Part shown: positions 19,129 through 27,910 of the stretch, piece by piece
Position numbering within the stretch: the first letter of the stretch is position 1
Layout of the letters: the number at the start of each line of letters is the position of its first letter
Assembly (NCBI GenBank): GCA_964615735.1
Contig: CAZTQU010000001.1
Location: 1-56,032 of the forward strand
Direction: 5' to 3'
Length of the DNA stretch: 56,032 nucleotides
Source of the DNA: an uncultured Candidatus Saccharibacteria bacterium
Lineage (GTDB): Bacteria; Patescibacteriota; Minisyncoccia; Minisyncoccales; UBA1441
Translations under genes and position numbers: made by a program
The notes under the pieces: generated by a model
Databases searched by the model: none
The model's input: only the letters and a program-made list of their open reading frames with translations
What the model was told of the DNA's origin: nothing

Positions 19129-19209
19129 GAAGCACCATTCATAATTGTAATAATTCAATCACCGTGGTAATATACGATATCTCATAGGCACCATTTTAAA
19201 TTCTTACTT

Positions 19210-19710
19210 ATCCAAAAAACACCCGTTAATAATCAAATAAAAGCGCTAAAATTAAACGTCGTCGGCCCGGACGGAAAGTCTTTGGGAATAATGAACCGGG
19301 AAGAAGCTTTGGAAAAAGCTCGGGAATTAAGCCTGGATTTAATTTTAGTTTCCGCCAAAGCCAATCCCCCGGTGGCTAAGATTACCGAAGCCGGAAAATA
19401 TCTTTACCAGCAGCAAAAGAAACATCGGGTAAAAAAGAGCGGAGGAGCAGTGAAAGTGATAACCATTAAATTTAACACTTCTCCCCACGACCTGGAGACC
19501 AAACTAAAGCAAACTAAAACCTTTTTGGAAAAGGGTCACCAAGTCCAAGTAACTATGCGTCTGCGGGGAAGAGAAAACGCCCTTCGCTTCCAGGCCAAAG
19601 AAAAACTGACCAATTTCATCGAAGCTATCAAGAAAGAGGCTCCAGTTAAAGTTCAGGATCAGACGTCATCCAGGTCCCGTCAATTTAAAGTTAATATCAC
19701 CAAACAATGA
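19210..19710 (+). CDS. infC: Translation initiation factor IF-3; the 5' boundary is uncertain and the start is non-canonical (ATC 19210, or ATA at 19177 or 19237)
   Basis: Conserved IF3 N-domain residues PVNNQIKALKLNVVGPDGKSLGIMNREEAL are encoded from 19222. That is upstream of the first canonical start (TTG 19282). The frame is open from 19171 and contains no ATG, GTG or TTG before 19282. Confidence 0.85.
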   Translation: MQKTPVNNQIKALKLNVVGPDGKSLGIMNREEALEKARELSLDLILVSAKANPPVAKITEAGKYLYQQQKKHRVKKSGGAVKVITIKFNTSPHDLETKLKQTKTFLEKGHQVQVTMRLRGRENALRFQAKEKLTNFIEAIKKEAPVKVQDQTSSRSRQFKVNITKQ

Positions 19711-19904
19711 AGGGAAAAGCAAAAACCAGAAAATCTTTAAGTAAGAGATTTAAAATTACCCCTACCGGGAAAGTCCTCCGCCGCTTAAGCGGCATGGATC
19801 ATCTTCGAAAGGGCAAATCGGAACGAACTAAACAGAGGCAGAAGAAATGGGTGGTTGTTTCTAAGCCTCTGGCTAAAAAAATTAAATCAGAATTAAAATA
19901 TTAA
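19707..19904 (+). CDS. rpmI: 50S ribosomal protein L35
   Basis: 65 aa, basic: KTRKSLSKRFKITPTGKVLRR...H. ATGA overlap with infC. Confidence 0.95.
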   Translation: MKGKAKTRKSLSKRFKITPTGKVLRRLSGMDHLRKGKSERTKQRQKKWVVVSKPLAKKIKSELKY

Positions 19905-20251
19905 TGACGAGAGTAAAGCGAGGGACAGTTGCTCATAAGAGACGAAAGAACACTCTTCAGGAAACAAAGGGCTTCAAATGGGATAGAAAGTCAAAGTACC
20001 GCTCTGCTAAGGACGCCCTGCGGCATGCTTGGGTTCATGCTTACCGCGACCGGCGAAAGAAAAAGCGGGATTTTAGAGGCCTGTGGCAAATTAAAATCAA
20101 CGCCGCGGCCAGAGAAAATGGATTATCCTATTCCCGTTTCATTCACCAACTGAAAGAAAAAGACATTCAGATCGACCGGAAGATTCTTGCTCAATTAGCG
20201 GAAAATCACCCCTCTGTTTTCAAGCAAATTGTAGAAGAAGTAAAAGAATAA
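19904..20251 (+). CDS. rplT: 50S ribosomal protein L20
   Basis: MTRVKRGTVAHKRRKN...AYRDRRKKKRDFR.LWI.RINAAAR pattern. Confidence 0.95.
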   Translation: MTRVKRGTVAHKRRKNTLQETKGFKWDRKSKYRSAKDALRHAWVHAYRDRRKKKRDFRGLWQIKINAAARENGLSYSRFIHQLKEKDIQIDRKILAQLAENHPSVFKQIVEEVKE

Positions 20252-20275
20252 TCTCTCCGCCGCCGTTAATTTTGG

Positions 20276-20692
20276 CTAGCTTGAGCTCAGATATTCCTGA
20301 GCTTCTTTTAATAATAACTGCGTATTTTTAAAGCTCGACTTTTCCCGAGCTTGATGATAAGGAAGCCATTGATAGTCCTGATGTTCAGAAGAAAGCACCA
20401 CTTTTTGAGCTTTTGCTTTTCCTAAAAAGAAGCAGACCCTTTTGGAAATTTTTTCTCCCCGATTTTGGAAAAAGTAGCGAATCCACCTCTGAAATCCGGA
20501 TTGCAGTTCAATCTCTCCTAATCCGCTCTCCTCTTTTGCTTCCCGGAGGGCAGCTTCTGTTAAAGTTTCTCCCACTTGAAGGTGGCCTTTGGAAAAACCC
20601 CAATACCCTGATCCGTCCTGCAGCAAAAGGTAAACGGGCTCTTCCCCCAATCTCCGAAAGATAATAATACCAGCAGATTTTTCAGTTTTCAT
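20276..20692 (-). CDS. NUDIX hydrolase (Ap4A-hydrolase-like size)
   Basis: Nudix box SKGHLQVGETLTEAALREAKEESGL. The gene ends with a TAG stop. Confidence 0.8.
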   Translation of the reverse strand: MKTEKSAGIIIFRRLGEEPVYLLLQDGSGYWGFSKGHLQVGETLTEAALREAKEESGLGEIELQSGFQRWIRYFFQNRGEKISKRVCFFLGKAKAQKVVLSSEHQDYQWLPYHQAREKSSFKNTQLLLKEAQEYLSSS

Positions 20693-22403
20693 TACCCGCC
20701 AGATAAAGAGAAATTTGGAACCAAGTTTTAGTATTGAGAATGTCTTCCTTCTCCGCCCAACCTCTTCTTGCCTGAGCCAAACCGAACTCCGCCCAGCCTA
20801 GATCTTGGGGCTGATGAGCTCCGGAGCAAACAGCCATTTTTACTCCCTTTTCTTTGGCTTGACGGATTATCTCATCCGGCAAATCCAAACGAGCGGGCTG
20901 AGAATTAATTTCTAAGAGAACATGGTTTTTCCGAGCCGCCGTAAAAATTTTTTCCCAGTCTAAATCGCTGGGTTCTCTTTCCTGCAGAATTCGGTTGGCA
21001 GGATGAGCTAAGAGGTGGACAAAAGGAAAATGAAGAGCCCGAAGAATTCTTTTTGTCATCTCTAGCCGGGGAAGCTGGAAAAAAGATTGAACACTAATGA
21101 TGACTACTTCCAGCTGCTCTAAAATTTCATCTTCCAAGTTTAGTTTCCCATTCCGGCCAATAATTAATTCTATCCCCTTAAGCAGTTTGACTTCCTTTTC
21201 CTTCCGGTTAAGGCGGTCGATTTCTTCCATCTGCCGCCTAATCTTTTTCTTCAGTGAAGATTGGTCTTTCGCTGACAGGCGATCGGTAATTGCCAAATAG
21301 CGATAGCCGAGCTTTTTAGCGGTCCGAGCCATTTCTCCGAGACCGGCCTTTCCTTCTCCCCAGTCGCTGGCGGTATGGAGATCTCCTTTCAAATCCCGAT
21401 AATTGATAAGTCGGGGCAGCCGCTGCTCTAAAGCAGCTTCAATTTCTCCCTCATTAGTCCTTATCTCCGGCGCTATCCAGTCAAGTCCTAACTGCCGATA
21501 AAATTCTTTTTCCGTCTTCCCAGCTAGACGCTTCTTCCCTCGAAAGACTCCATATTCATTAAGCTTTAATCCTTTCTTTATCGCTAATTGGCGAAGAATA
21601 ATGTTGTGCTGTTTAGAGCCGGTAAAATATTGGAGGGCCGCTCCCCAGGATTCGTTTTTCACAATCCGGAGATCAATATCAAAGCCCGCTTCCAGGCGAA
21701 TCGAAGATTTCGTTAGCCCCTCTCCCCAAACTTTAGCAACTGAAGGAAGAGAAGTAAAAGCTTTCATAACCTTTTTCGGTTGGCGGCTGGCTACTAAAAA
21801 ATCGATGTCTCCAATAGTTTCTTTTTTCCGCCGAATAGAGCCCGCCAGACTAATCTTTTGAACTTCTTTCAAGCTTTTCAGCTTTTTCTCTATCTGATCA
21901 GCCAGAGGTAAAATTTCTCCCAAAAGAAAGCGGCGGTGCTGCCGCCGAAAAATGGCAATTTCCCGAAGAATATTCTCCTCACTTTGAAGGCCGAACCCAG
22001 GTAGGTTTCTAATCTTCTTTTCCTGGGCGGCTTTTTCCAAGTCAGCTAAATTCTTAATTTTTAAAGACTGGTAAAGTCTTTCTACTGTCTTCGGACCAAT
22101 TCCTTCAATCTGCGTTAATTGGTAAATATCAACCGGAAGTTTTTTTCTTAATTCTTCGTAGTATTTAATCCGCCCCGTCTTCAAATATTCCTCAATCTTC
22201 TCGGCTAAGCTTTCCCCCACGCCGGGGATGTTTTCCAATCCCCGCCGTCCTTCCCGCTGATAAATCTTCCGAATACCAATCGAAAAGACTTCTAGGGCGC
22301 CGGCGGCTCGTTGATAAGCCTGCGGTTTAAAAGGCACTTCCTGGATAGTTAAGTAACTGCTGATCTCAGAAAAAATTCTAGCTATCTTCTGACCTTCCCT
22401 CAT
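20682..22403 (-). CDS. polX: Family X DNA polymerase with a C-terminal PHP phosphoesterase domain
   Basis: 573 aa with N-terminal HhH repeats (IPGVGESLAEKI, IEGIGPKT), a nucleotidyltransferase GSIRRKKETIGDIDFLV, and a PHP-like C-terminal half (GDLHTASDWGEG...AITD). Confidence 0.85.
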   Translation of the reverse strand: MREGQKIARIFSEISSYLTIQEVPFKPQAYQRAAGALEVFSIGIRKIYQREGRRGLENIPGVGESLAEKIEEYLKTGRIKYYEELRKKLPVDIYQLTQIEGIGPKTVERLYQSLKIKNLADLEKAAQEKKIRNLPGFGLQSEENILREIAIFRRQHRRFLLGEILPLADQIEKKLKSLKEVQKISLAGSIRRKKETIGDIDFLVASRQPKKVMKAFTSLPSVAKVWGEGLTKSSIRLEAGFDIDLRIVKNESWGAALQYFTGSKQHNIILRQLAIKKGLKLNEYGVFRGKKRLAGKTEKEFYRQLGLDWIAPEIRTNEGEIEAALEQRLPRLINYRDLKGDLHTASDWGEGKAGLGEMARTAKKLGYRYLAITDRLSAKDQSSLKKKIRRQMEEIDRLNRKEKEVKLLKGIELIIGRNGKLNLEDEILEQLEVVIISVQSFFQLPRLEMTKRILRALHFPFVHLLAHPANRILQEREPSDLDWEKIFTAARKNHVLLEINSQPARLDLPDEIIRQAKEKGVKMAVCSGAHQPQDLGWAEFGLAQARRGWAEKEDILNTKTWFQISLYLAGNEN

Positions 22404-23421
22404 GATGAAGATAATGCTTTTTGACTTCTTTCCGCCCCTCCCGGCCCAATTCTCTCATCAGCTGAAGAGCCATCACCCCGCCAGAAAGACAAATTAAAAG
22501 ACGCAACCCTCTCCAAATCAAACTAAAAGTCAGCGCTAAGCTTAATGCCAAACCGAGGCTATGAAAGGCAAACCCTTCCATGACCTCCAAGCTGCCCAAG
22601 GCCGCTGGGAGAATAAAGAAAGAACTCAATCCGTTAAAAGCGTAGGTAATGAGGGCCCCGATTCCTGTCCACTGCCCGGTAAGAAAAGCAATGAGAAAAA
22701 AAGCCTGTCCCAAGTAACAGAAGTGTCCCAAGGCAGAAAAGCCTGCTGTCTTCCAAAAGGCCCGGCGTCGAGCCCAAAAAAAATGCAGTACTTCCCTCTC
22801 ATAGCTTAAGACAGTCTTTATTTGATCCGTCTCCAGAATTTGCTCTAGTCTTAGAGTGCGGATAATATTCTCAATTAAACTGCGGTGGCGGTTGGATTTT
22901 TTCAAAAGCAAAAAGAAAAATAAAAGGATCCCAAAAAAAATGAGGAAAATTAAAAATCCCAGTCGGCGGGATAATTTTCCCCCCAAGAAAAAGAAAATCC
23001 CGAGACCAGTTAAGGCGATGACTGTCAAAACAGCGAAACCAACGAGCTTATAAAGAATAATGGAAACGATGCTTTTTTTCCAAGAAAGGTTCAATTTTTG
23101 GTGAAGAAAATAGGCCTGCAGGGCTTCTCCTCCTATCAGAGACATGGGAGTAAGATAGCTTAAGGAAAAACCAACGGTAAAGATTTTTAATAAAGGAGAA
23201 AAAGGAAGAGGAGTTTTCTCTTCCAAAACACTTTTCCAAGCTAAGGCAGAGGCAATAATTCCCCCTTCCATTAAAACGAGAAGGGTAAGAAGCTGCCACC
23301 AGCGCATATTCGTAAAACTTTCTCCGACCTTCGACCATTCTATGTCTCCGCTTATTAAGCCGAAGACCGCTAATCCAACCGCCAGTCCAATGAGAAAAAG
23401 GAGTGCTTTTCTCAACTTCAT
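22378..23421 (-). CDS. UPF0104/lysyl-phosphatidylglycerol-synthase-TM-region-like flippase-type membrane protein
   Basis: 347 aa with about 8 TM helices. The call rests on general family resemblance only. Confidence 0.5.
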   Translation of the reverse strand: MKLRKALLFLIGLAVGLAVFGLISGDIEWSKVGESFTNMRWWQLLTLLVLMEGGIIASALAWKSVLEEKTPLPFSPLLKIFTVGFSLSYLTPMSLIGGEALQAYFLHQKLNLSWKKSIVSIILYKLVGFAVLTVIALTGLGIFFFLGGKLSRRLGFLIFLIFFGILLFFFLLLKKSNRHRSLIENIIRTLRLEQILETDQIKTVLSYEREVLHFFWARRRAFWKTAGFSALGHFCYLGQAFFLIAFLTGQWTGIGALITYAFNGLSSFFILPAALGSLEVMEGFAFHSLGLALSLALTFSLIWRGLRLLICLSGGVMALQLMRELGREGRKEVKKHYLHHEGRSEDS

Positions 23422-23433
23422 TTCACTTCCTAT

Positions 23434-23907
23434 TTAATATTTTATCTTTTTAATTTTTACCTTCTGAGGCGGCTCTGTTTCCACCCAGATTTCATCACCA
23501 ACTTTTCTTCCAAAGAGAGCTTTAGCCAACGGCGAGGAACGACTGATTCTCCCCTGATCCGGATCAGCTTCAGGAAAATCGACAATTTGAAACTTTTGGA
23601 GCCGTGTTTCTATCTCCACCACCACTGTTACTCCCAGATTAATCTTTTTTCTTTCTTCTCCTTGAGGAAGAACAATCAATTGGTGATGACGAAGAATGAA
23701 CTCCGCTCTTTGAATTTGATTTTGCAAAAGATTCTCCTCAGTCGGGGATTTTGATTCCTGATCCTCGGCAGAATTCTTGAATAAAAAAGAAAGCCGAGAT
23801 CTCTTTTTCTCGTTTTGCTCTTCTTGCTGACGGCGGCAAAGAACTCGATAGTGCTTCCGAATCCTCTTTAAACCGGCCGGAGTAAGATAAATACGTTCCT
23901 CTTCCAT
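23434..23907 (-). CDS. greA: GreA/GreB-family transcript cleavage factor homologue
   Basis: The C-terminal FKBP-like domain GVTVVVEI...ISRSSPLAKALFGRKVGDEIWVE fits the family. The N-terminal coiled coil is divergent. Confidence 0.7.
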   Translation of the reverse strand: MEEERIYLTPAGLKRIRKHYRVLCRRQQEEQNEKKRSRLSFLFKNSAEDQESKSPTEENLLQNQIQRAEFILRHHQLIVLPQGEERKKINLGVTVVVEIETRLQKFQIVDFPEADPDQGRISRSSPLAKALFGRKVGDEIWVETEPPQKVKIKKIKY

Positions 23908-23951
23908 ACGCTAATAATGCTAATCTCTTTCCCGGGAACTGTCAACAGAAA

Positions 23952-25094
23952 TTATTTCCCGAAAGAAGAGAGGAGCTGACAGACGATAACCGCCGTGAGG
24001 GTAAAAGTCATAAAAGCTAGGGCTAAACGAGGCCGGCGAATAATATATTCCGGAGAGCGGTTTCCTGTTTTCCTCGCTTTTAAGAAGATAGCAACGATAA
24101 CCCAACCCTGGATCGCTCCCATTAAAGCCCCGACTAAGCCCATCAAGCCTAACAGGTGTTGGAAACCCAAAAAATAGAGGAAAAAAGGAGAAAGAACTGT
24201 TCCCGCCGCCGCCAGCCAATAAGGAAAATGATAATCGACGACTAAGCTGTTTTTTAAATAGTTTCCTAAACTTAGGAAGGAAGTGATGCCAGCTAATAGT
24301 CCGATGAGGGCTAAAACCTTAGCTAAATAGAAGACCGAGGGAGAAAGTTGAGTCACTCCCGTCCAGTCAGTAATATTGATGCCTAGACCGGCCAAGGTTA
24401 AGCTGAATAAGAAGTAAAGGAAAGCGATGCTTCCTAAAACAATAATAATAATTTTTCCCAGCTTTTTCTTGTTTTCCGGAGATGTCAAAGCCCGAGTCAT
24501 CATCGGTAAGGCGTTCCAACCCAACAAGCTGAAGAAAATTACTCCTGGCAAGCTCAAGAGAAGAGGGAAACGGAACCAGTCCAGCTGCCCCCAGCTCAAC
24601 TGAGGCAGAGCGTAGCCAATGGTAGCCAATAAGACCACGAACAGAAAAAAGGCAAAGCGAGTTTGAATAGTAACAACGGCTTTTCCTCCTCGAAAAATAA
24701 AAAAAGATAAAAAGAAAAGGAAACCCATGCTTCCCAAGGTGGGAGTTATAGTCAGCCAAGGCTGGACAATAAGAGTTAAGAATTGTCCCGCCATGAGAAC
24801 GTAAATAAGAAGGGTTCCTATCAAGCCCGGGAAAATGTAGAGAAAAGAAATTTGCCGGGCTTTTTCTCCTAGATATTGGCCCACATAGCCGGTAAAATAC
24901 CTCTTTTCTTGAGTGCGAAGAATAACTTCCGCCAAGAAAAGATGAAGAAGAATCATTCCTCCACCAAAAATAAGGAGACTGGCTAAAAAAGGAAGCCAGC
25001 CGCTTTTTTCTAATAAACTGGGTAAAACAAAAAGACCCGCTCCGACTACTGTTCCTGCTAAGCCTAATCCAGCAGAGATAATTTCCTTCTTCAT
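23952..25094 (-). CDS. Amino acid permease (aromatic amino acid/Trp-Tyr permease-like family)
   Basis: 380 aa, about 11 TM helices, with N-terminal GTVVGAGLFVLP. Confidence 0.55.
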   Translation of the reverse strand: MKKEIISAGLGLAGTVVGAGLFVLPSLLEKSGWLPFLASLLIFGGGMILLHLFLAEVILRTQEKRYFTGYVGQYLGEKARQISFLYIFPGLIGTLLIYVLMAGQFLTLIVQPWLTITPTLGSMGFLFFLSFFIFRGGKAVVTIQTRFAFFLFVVLLATIGYALPQLSWGQLDWFRFPLLLSLPGVIFFSLLGWNALPMMTRALTSPENKKKLGKIIIIVLGSIAFLYFLFSLTLAGLGINITDWTGVTQLSPSVFYLAKVLALIGLLAGITSFLSLGNYLKNSLVVDYHFPYWLAAAGTVLSPFFLYFLGFQHLLGLMGLVGALMGAIQGWVIVAIFLKARKTGNRSPEYIIRRPRLALAFMTFTLTAVIVCQLLSSFGK

Positions 25095-25544
25095 CTAGTC
25101 CCAAATTCTTTTTTCAATTTCCCGGAAACCCGACAAAATTATAATAACCAGCAGAGTGACCAGTCCCGCTAAAAAATAAAATTTTAAGCCCACAGCAATA
25201 CCGATCGCCGCTGTAATCCACAAAGCGACTGCGGTCGTGAACCCTTCTAAGCGAAAGCGTCGGTAGATAATAATCCCGCCCCCCAGAAACCCAAACCCGA
25301 TAGCGATAGACTGAATAATCCTAATCGGGTCAAAACTAACTGGCTGGGGATAGGAAATATCCATCAAACCTAAAGAAAGTATGGTAAAAAGGGTACAAGC
25401 CAGCGCAACTAGAGCAAAAGTTCTTAGACCAGCCATTCTTTCTTGTTGCTTTCTTTCAATCCCGATTAAACTCCCAAGAAAGACAGCTAAGAACAACTGC
25501 AAAACCACTTGAAGGTTCGCTTCATTAAAGAAGGCGTCCATCAT
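25095..25544 (-). CDS. mgtC: MgtC/SapB family membrane protein
   Basis: GSLIGIERKQQERMAGLRTFALVA motif; 149 aa. Confidence 0.8.
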   Translation of the reverse strand: MMDAFFNEANLQVVLQLFLAVFLGSLIGIERKQQERMAGLRTFALVALACTLFTILSLGLMDISYPQPVSFDPIRIIQSIAIGFGFLGGGIIIYRRFRLEGFTTAVALWITAAIGIAVGLKFYFLAGLVTLLVIIILSGFREIEKRIWD

Positions 25545-25559
25545 GGCAAAGAAAAATAA

Positions 25560-25820
25560 TTAAATTTTAAAAACTTTATAGCCGGGGCGGACTCTTTCCT
25601 TAACAGCTAAACCGACGGACTGTCCAGGTTTTGCCTCTTCCAGTTTCTGATGATCGATCTCCAGAGACTGCACCTCTTGGGTAAAGTCTGTTTCTCCCCC
25701 GCAAATTCTAATTTCTTCCCCCACTTTCAAGGGTTGAGAAAGTTTCATTACCGCTACTTGAATCTTCCCAAAGTAATGGGTGATTTCCCCGACTAATACT
25801 TCATCCTTTTGATTAGCCAT
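25560..25820 (-). CDS. Small EF-Tu-domain-2-like beta-barrel protein (translation elongation factor-like protein)
   Basis: 86 aa: VGEITHYFGKIQVAVMKLSQPLKVGEEIRI...GQSVGLAV pattern. Confidence 0.5.
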   Translation of the reverse strand: MANQKDEVLVGEITHYFGKIQVAVMKLSQPLKVGEEIRICGGETDFTQEVQSLEIDHQKLEEAKPGQSVGLAVKERVRPGYKVFKI

Positions 25821-25846
25821 AAGATAATTTTTTAATCAACGACCTT

Positions 25847-25921
25847 TGGTGCCCCTAGAAGGATTCGAACCTTCATCTCAACCTCCGGAGGGTCGCGCTC
25901 TATCCGTTGAACTATAAGGGC
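25847..25921 (-). tRNA. tRNA-Arg (anticodon CCG), with CCA encoded
   Basis: I folded the reverse complement GCCCTTA-TA-GTTC-AACGGATA-GAGC-G-CGACC-CTCCGGA-GGTTG-AGAT-GAAGG-TTCGAAT-CCTTC-TAGGGGC-A-CCA by hand into a cloverleaf. Confidence 0.9.
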
Positions 25922-25926
25922 GGAAG

Positions 25927-26508
25927 CTAAATCTTCTGGGTGATAAAGTAAAAGGCTTTTTCTGTTTCTGTCAGCTTCAATTCTCCTTGCTGAACAACCT
26001 CTAATCCCGCTTTCCGGGTTAAACACTTTAAATCTTTTGGTTTAGAAAAGAGATTAAAATCTCGTGGAGACCATGTTCTGAAGAAAAGTAGACCGGCTGG
26101 TTTCAAAATTCTCCTCACTTCGTTCAAGATATCCAATTGCTGCTCCTCGGGAGACAAACGTCGCAGAAAAGTCAAAGCGAAAGCTTTGTCAAAGGTATCA
26201 CTGGGGAAAGTCACCTTCAGCAAGTCACCCACCAAGAACTGCTGCCCGGGATACTTTTTCTGGGCTACTTCTATTAACCGGGGAGAGCCATCCAAGCCGA
26301 CATAATGAATGTCTCGATCCACTAAAAGATCTAAAAGGTCTCCCGCCCCACACTCTAAATCCAAGATTTGATCACCCAGATCCACCCAGGAACAAAGTTG
26401 TTCTTGTCTAAATCCAAAACTAGACCAAAGAGAAGAAAAATTATTGACTTCTGTCTCCAGATTTTCCTTTCCCTTTTTGACCGAAAATAAATCTGATTTT
26501 TCCTTCAT
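25927..26508 (-). CDS. Class I SAM-dependent methyltransferase
   Basis: Motif I ILDLECGAGDL, plus YVGLDGSPRLIE and a later acidic loop. Confidence 0.75.
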   Translation of the reverse strand: MKEKSDLFSVKKGKENLETEVNNFSSLWSSFGFRQEQLCSWVDLGDQILDLECGAGDLLDLLVDRDIHYVGLDGSPRLIEVAQKKYPGQQFLVGDLLKVTFPSDTFDKAFALTFLRRLSPEEQQLDILNEVRRILKPAGLLFFRTWSPRDFNLFSKPKDLKCLTRKAGLEVVQQGELKLTETEKAFYFITQKI

Positions 26509-26563
26509 GCTTCCCTTAATTTTAGTTTACCATAAACTCAACTGGAGAAAAAGTGAAAAATTA

Positions 26564-27871
26564 CTAAGGATGATGGACAACTTTTTTTAATTTTTCCCAT
26601 TCTTCCTTTACCACCTTCCGATCGTCCCAGGGAATTTTCCGGCCGCCGGCTAAGCACATTAATTCTTCCGATCCCTTGCCGGTGATAATAACTGTTGCTC
26701 CTGGTGAGGCTGATTTTAGAGCGGTCTGAATCGCTTTTCTTCGATTAAAAATCTTTTCCGCCTTTCCCTCCGCCCCTTTCGCCACCTGGGCAATAATTTC
26801 CTGCGGATCTTCGTCATAAGGATCTTCATTGGTAAGAATAATATGCTGACAGTAACGGGCGGCTATCTTTCCCAAGACCGGCCTTTTCCATCGGTCCCGT
26901 CCTCCACCGCAGGCTCCCAAAACGCAAATCATTTGCCCAGCAGAAGATTGAAGTGTTTGGTAAACTTTCTCCAAAGCAACCGGCGTATGAGCATAATCAA
27001 CCACCACCCGAAAAGGATGATCAATAACTAACTCCAGCCGGCCAGGCATATTTTTTACTTTAGCTAAGGCCTTAGCCATGGTGGAGAAATTAATCCCCCG
27101 GGCATAGCCGGCAGCTATTGCCGCCAAGGCATTACTAATATTAAATCGACCGGGGAGAGCTAAAGAAAATCTCGTTCCTTCCACTTCAAAGACCGATCCC
27201 CACTTTTGAAGAGCAATCTTCTCCGCCCTCAGGCTCTCTATTTTGTTGTTTCCATTTTCCAAACCATATCCTATTTTCCTATCCGCGGGGAAGGAAGCAA
27301 AGTAGGGAGCCTGGGAATCATCTAAATTAACAATAATTGTCTTTTCCAGCCGCGGCTGGTTTTTTCTCCCCGGCCGCTTTGACAAAGCAGTAAATAGCTT
27401 TCCCTTAGTCCGCTTGTAATTTTCAAATCCCCCATGTCTCTCTATGTGCTCCGGCGACAAATTAGTAAAAACCAAGAGATCAAAATCTATAAAGCGGTGG
27501 CGATACTGGAGAATGCCCTCTGAGGTAACTTCAACCACCGCTAATTGACATTTCTCTTTTTTGGCCTGAGCAAGAAAGTGCTGAAGATTGAAGCGGCCGG
27601 GCATGGTCATCTTTAACCGATTGGGCCAAAAATCCCGGCCAAGATGAAAACCAATAGAAGACAAGACAGCGGTTTTCTGACCAGCTTCCTCAAAAAGCTG
27701 ACCAATCAATTCAACCACAGTTGACTTGCCGCTGGTGCCAGTCACTCCTATCACTATCATTTTTCTAGAAGGGAAGCGGTAGATAAATGCTCCCAGCCAA
27801 GCAAACAAAAAATGATAGGCTTGAAGAAAAAAGGGAGGAGTAATTCTTTTAATCTGCTTTTTGACTTCCAT
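26564..27871 (-). CDS. murE: Mur ligase, MurE-like (UDP-MurNAc-L-Ala-D-Glu:diamino acid ligase) with a short hydrophobic N-terminus
   Basis: VIGVTGTSGKSTV P-loop, DYAHTP, GACGGGRDRWKRP, TNEDPYDEDP and ITGKGSE. Confidence 0.8.
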   Translation of the reverse strand: MEVKKQIKRITPPFFLQAYHFLFAWLGAFIYRFPSRKMIVIGVTGTSGKSTVVELIGQLFEEAGQKTAVLSSIGFHLGRDFWPNRLKMTMPGRFNLQHFLAQAKKEKCQLAVVEVTSEGILQYRHRFIDFDLLVFTNLSPEHIERHGGFENYKRTKGKLFTALSKRPGRKNQPRLEKTIIVNLDDSQAPYFASFPADRKIGYGLENGNNKIESLRAEKIALQKWGSVFEVEGTRFSLALPGRFNISNALAAIAAGYARGINFSTMAKALAKVKNMPGRLELVIDHPFRVVVDYAHTPVALEKVYQTLQSSAGQMICVLGACGGGRDRWKRPVLGKIAARYCQHIILTNEDPYDEDPQEIIAQVAKGAEGKAEKIFNRRKAIQTALKSASPGATVIITGKGSEELMCLAGGRKIPWDDRKVVKEEWEKLKKVVHHP

Positions 27872-27910
27872 TAACTTCTAGTTTAGAATAAGTTACTAAA
27901 TATTTAAAGA

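Noticed and set aside
19131-19200. An 8-nt direct repeat GCACCATT (about 19133 and 19187), considered as possible att-like islet boundaries.
   Set aside because: It is too short to be significant, neither copy matches the tmRNA 3' end, and there is no integrase.
23434-23907. The GreA homologue's N-terminal coiled coil lacks an obvious GDxxENxEY acidic tip, suggesting a Gfh1-like inhibitor.
   Set aside because: Acidic residues (AEDQES) are present near the predicted tip. Without an alignment I cannot say the catalytic Asp/Glu pair is missing.
23920-25104. Alternative-frame ORFs (23920-24219 and 24367-25104, and similarly 6060-6536) overlapping membrane-protein genes.
   Set aside because: They are same-strand, out-of-frame shadows of long hydrophobic genes. 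Their translations are Ser/Arg/Gly-rich nonsense with no motifs.
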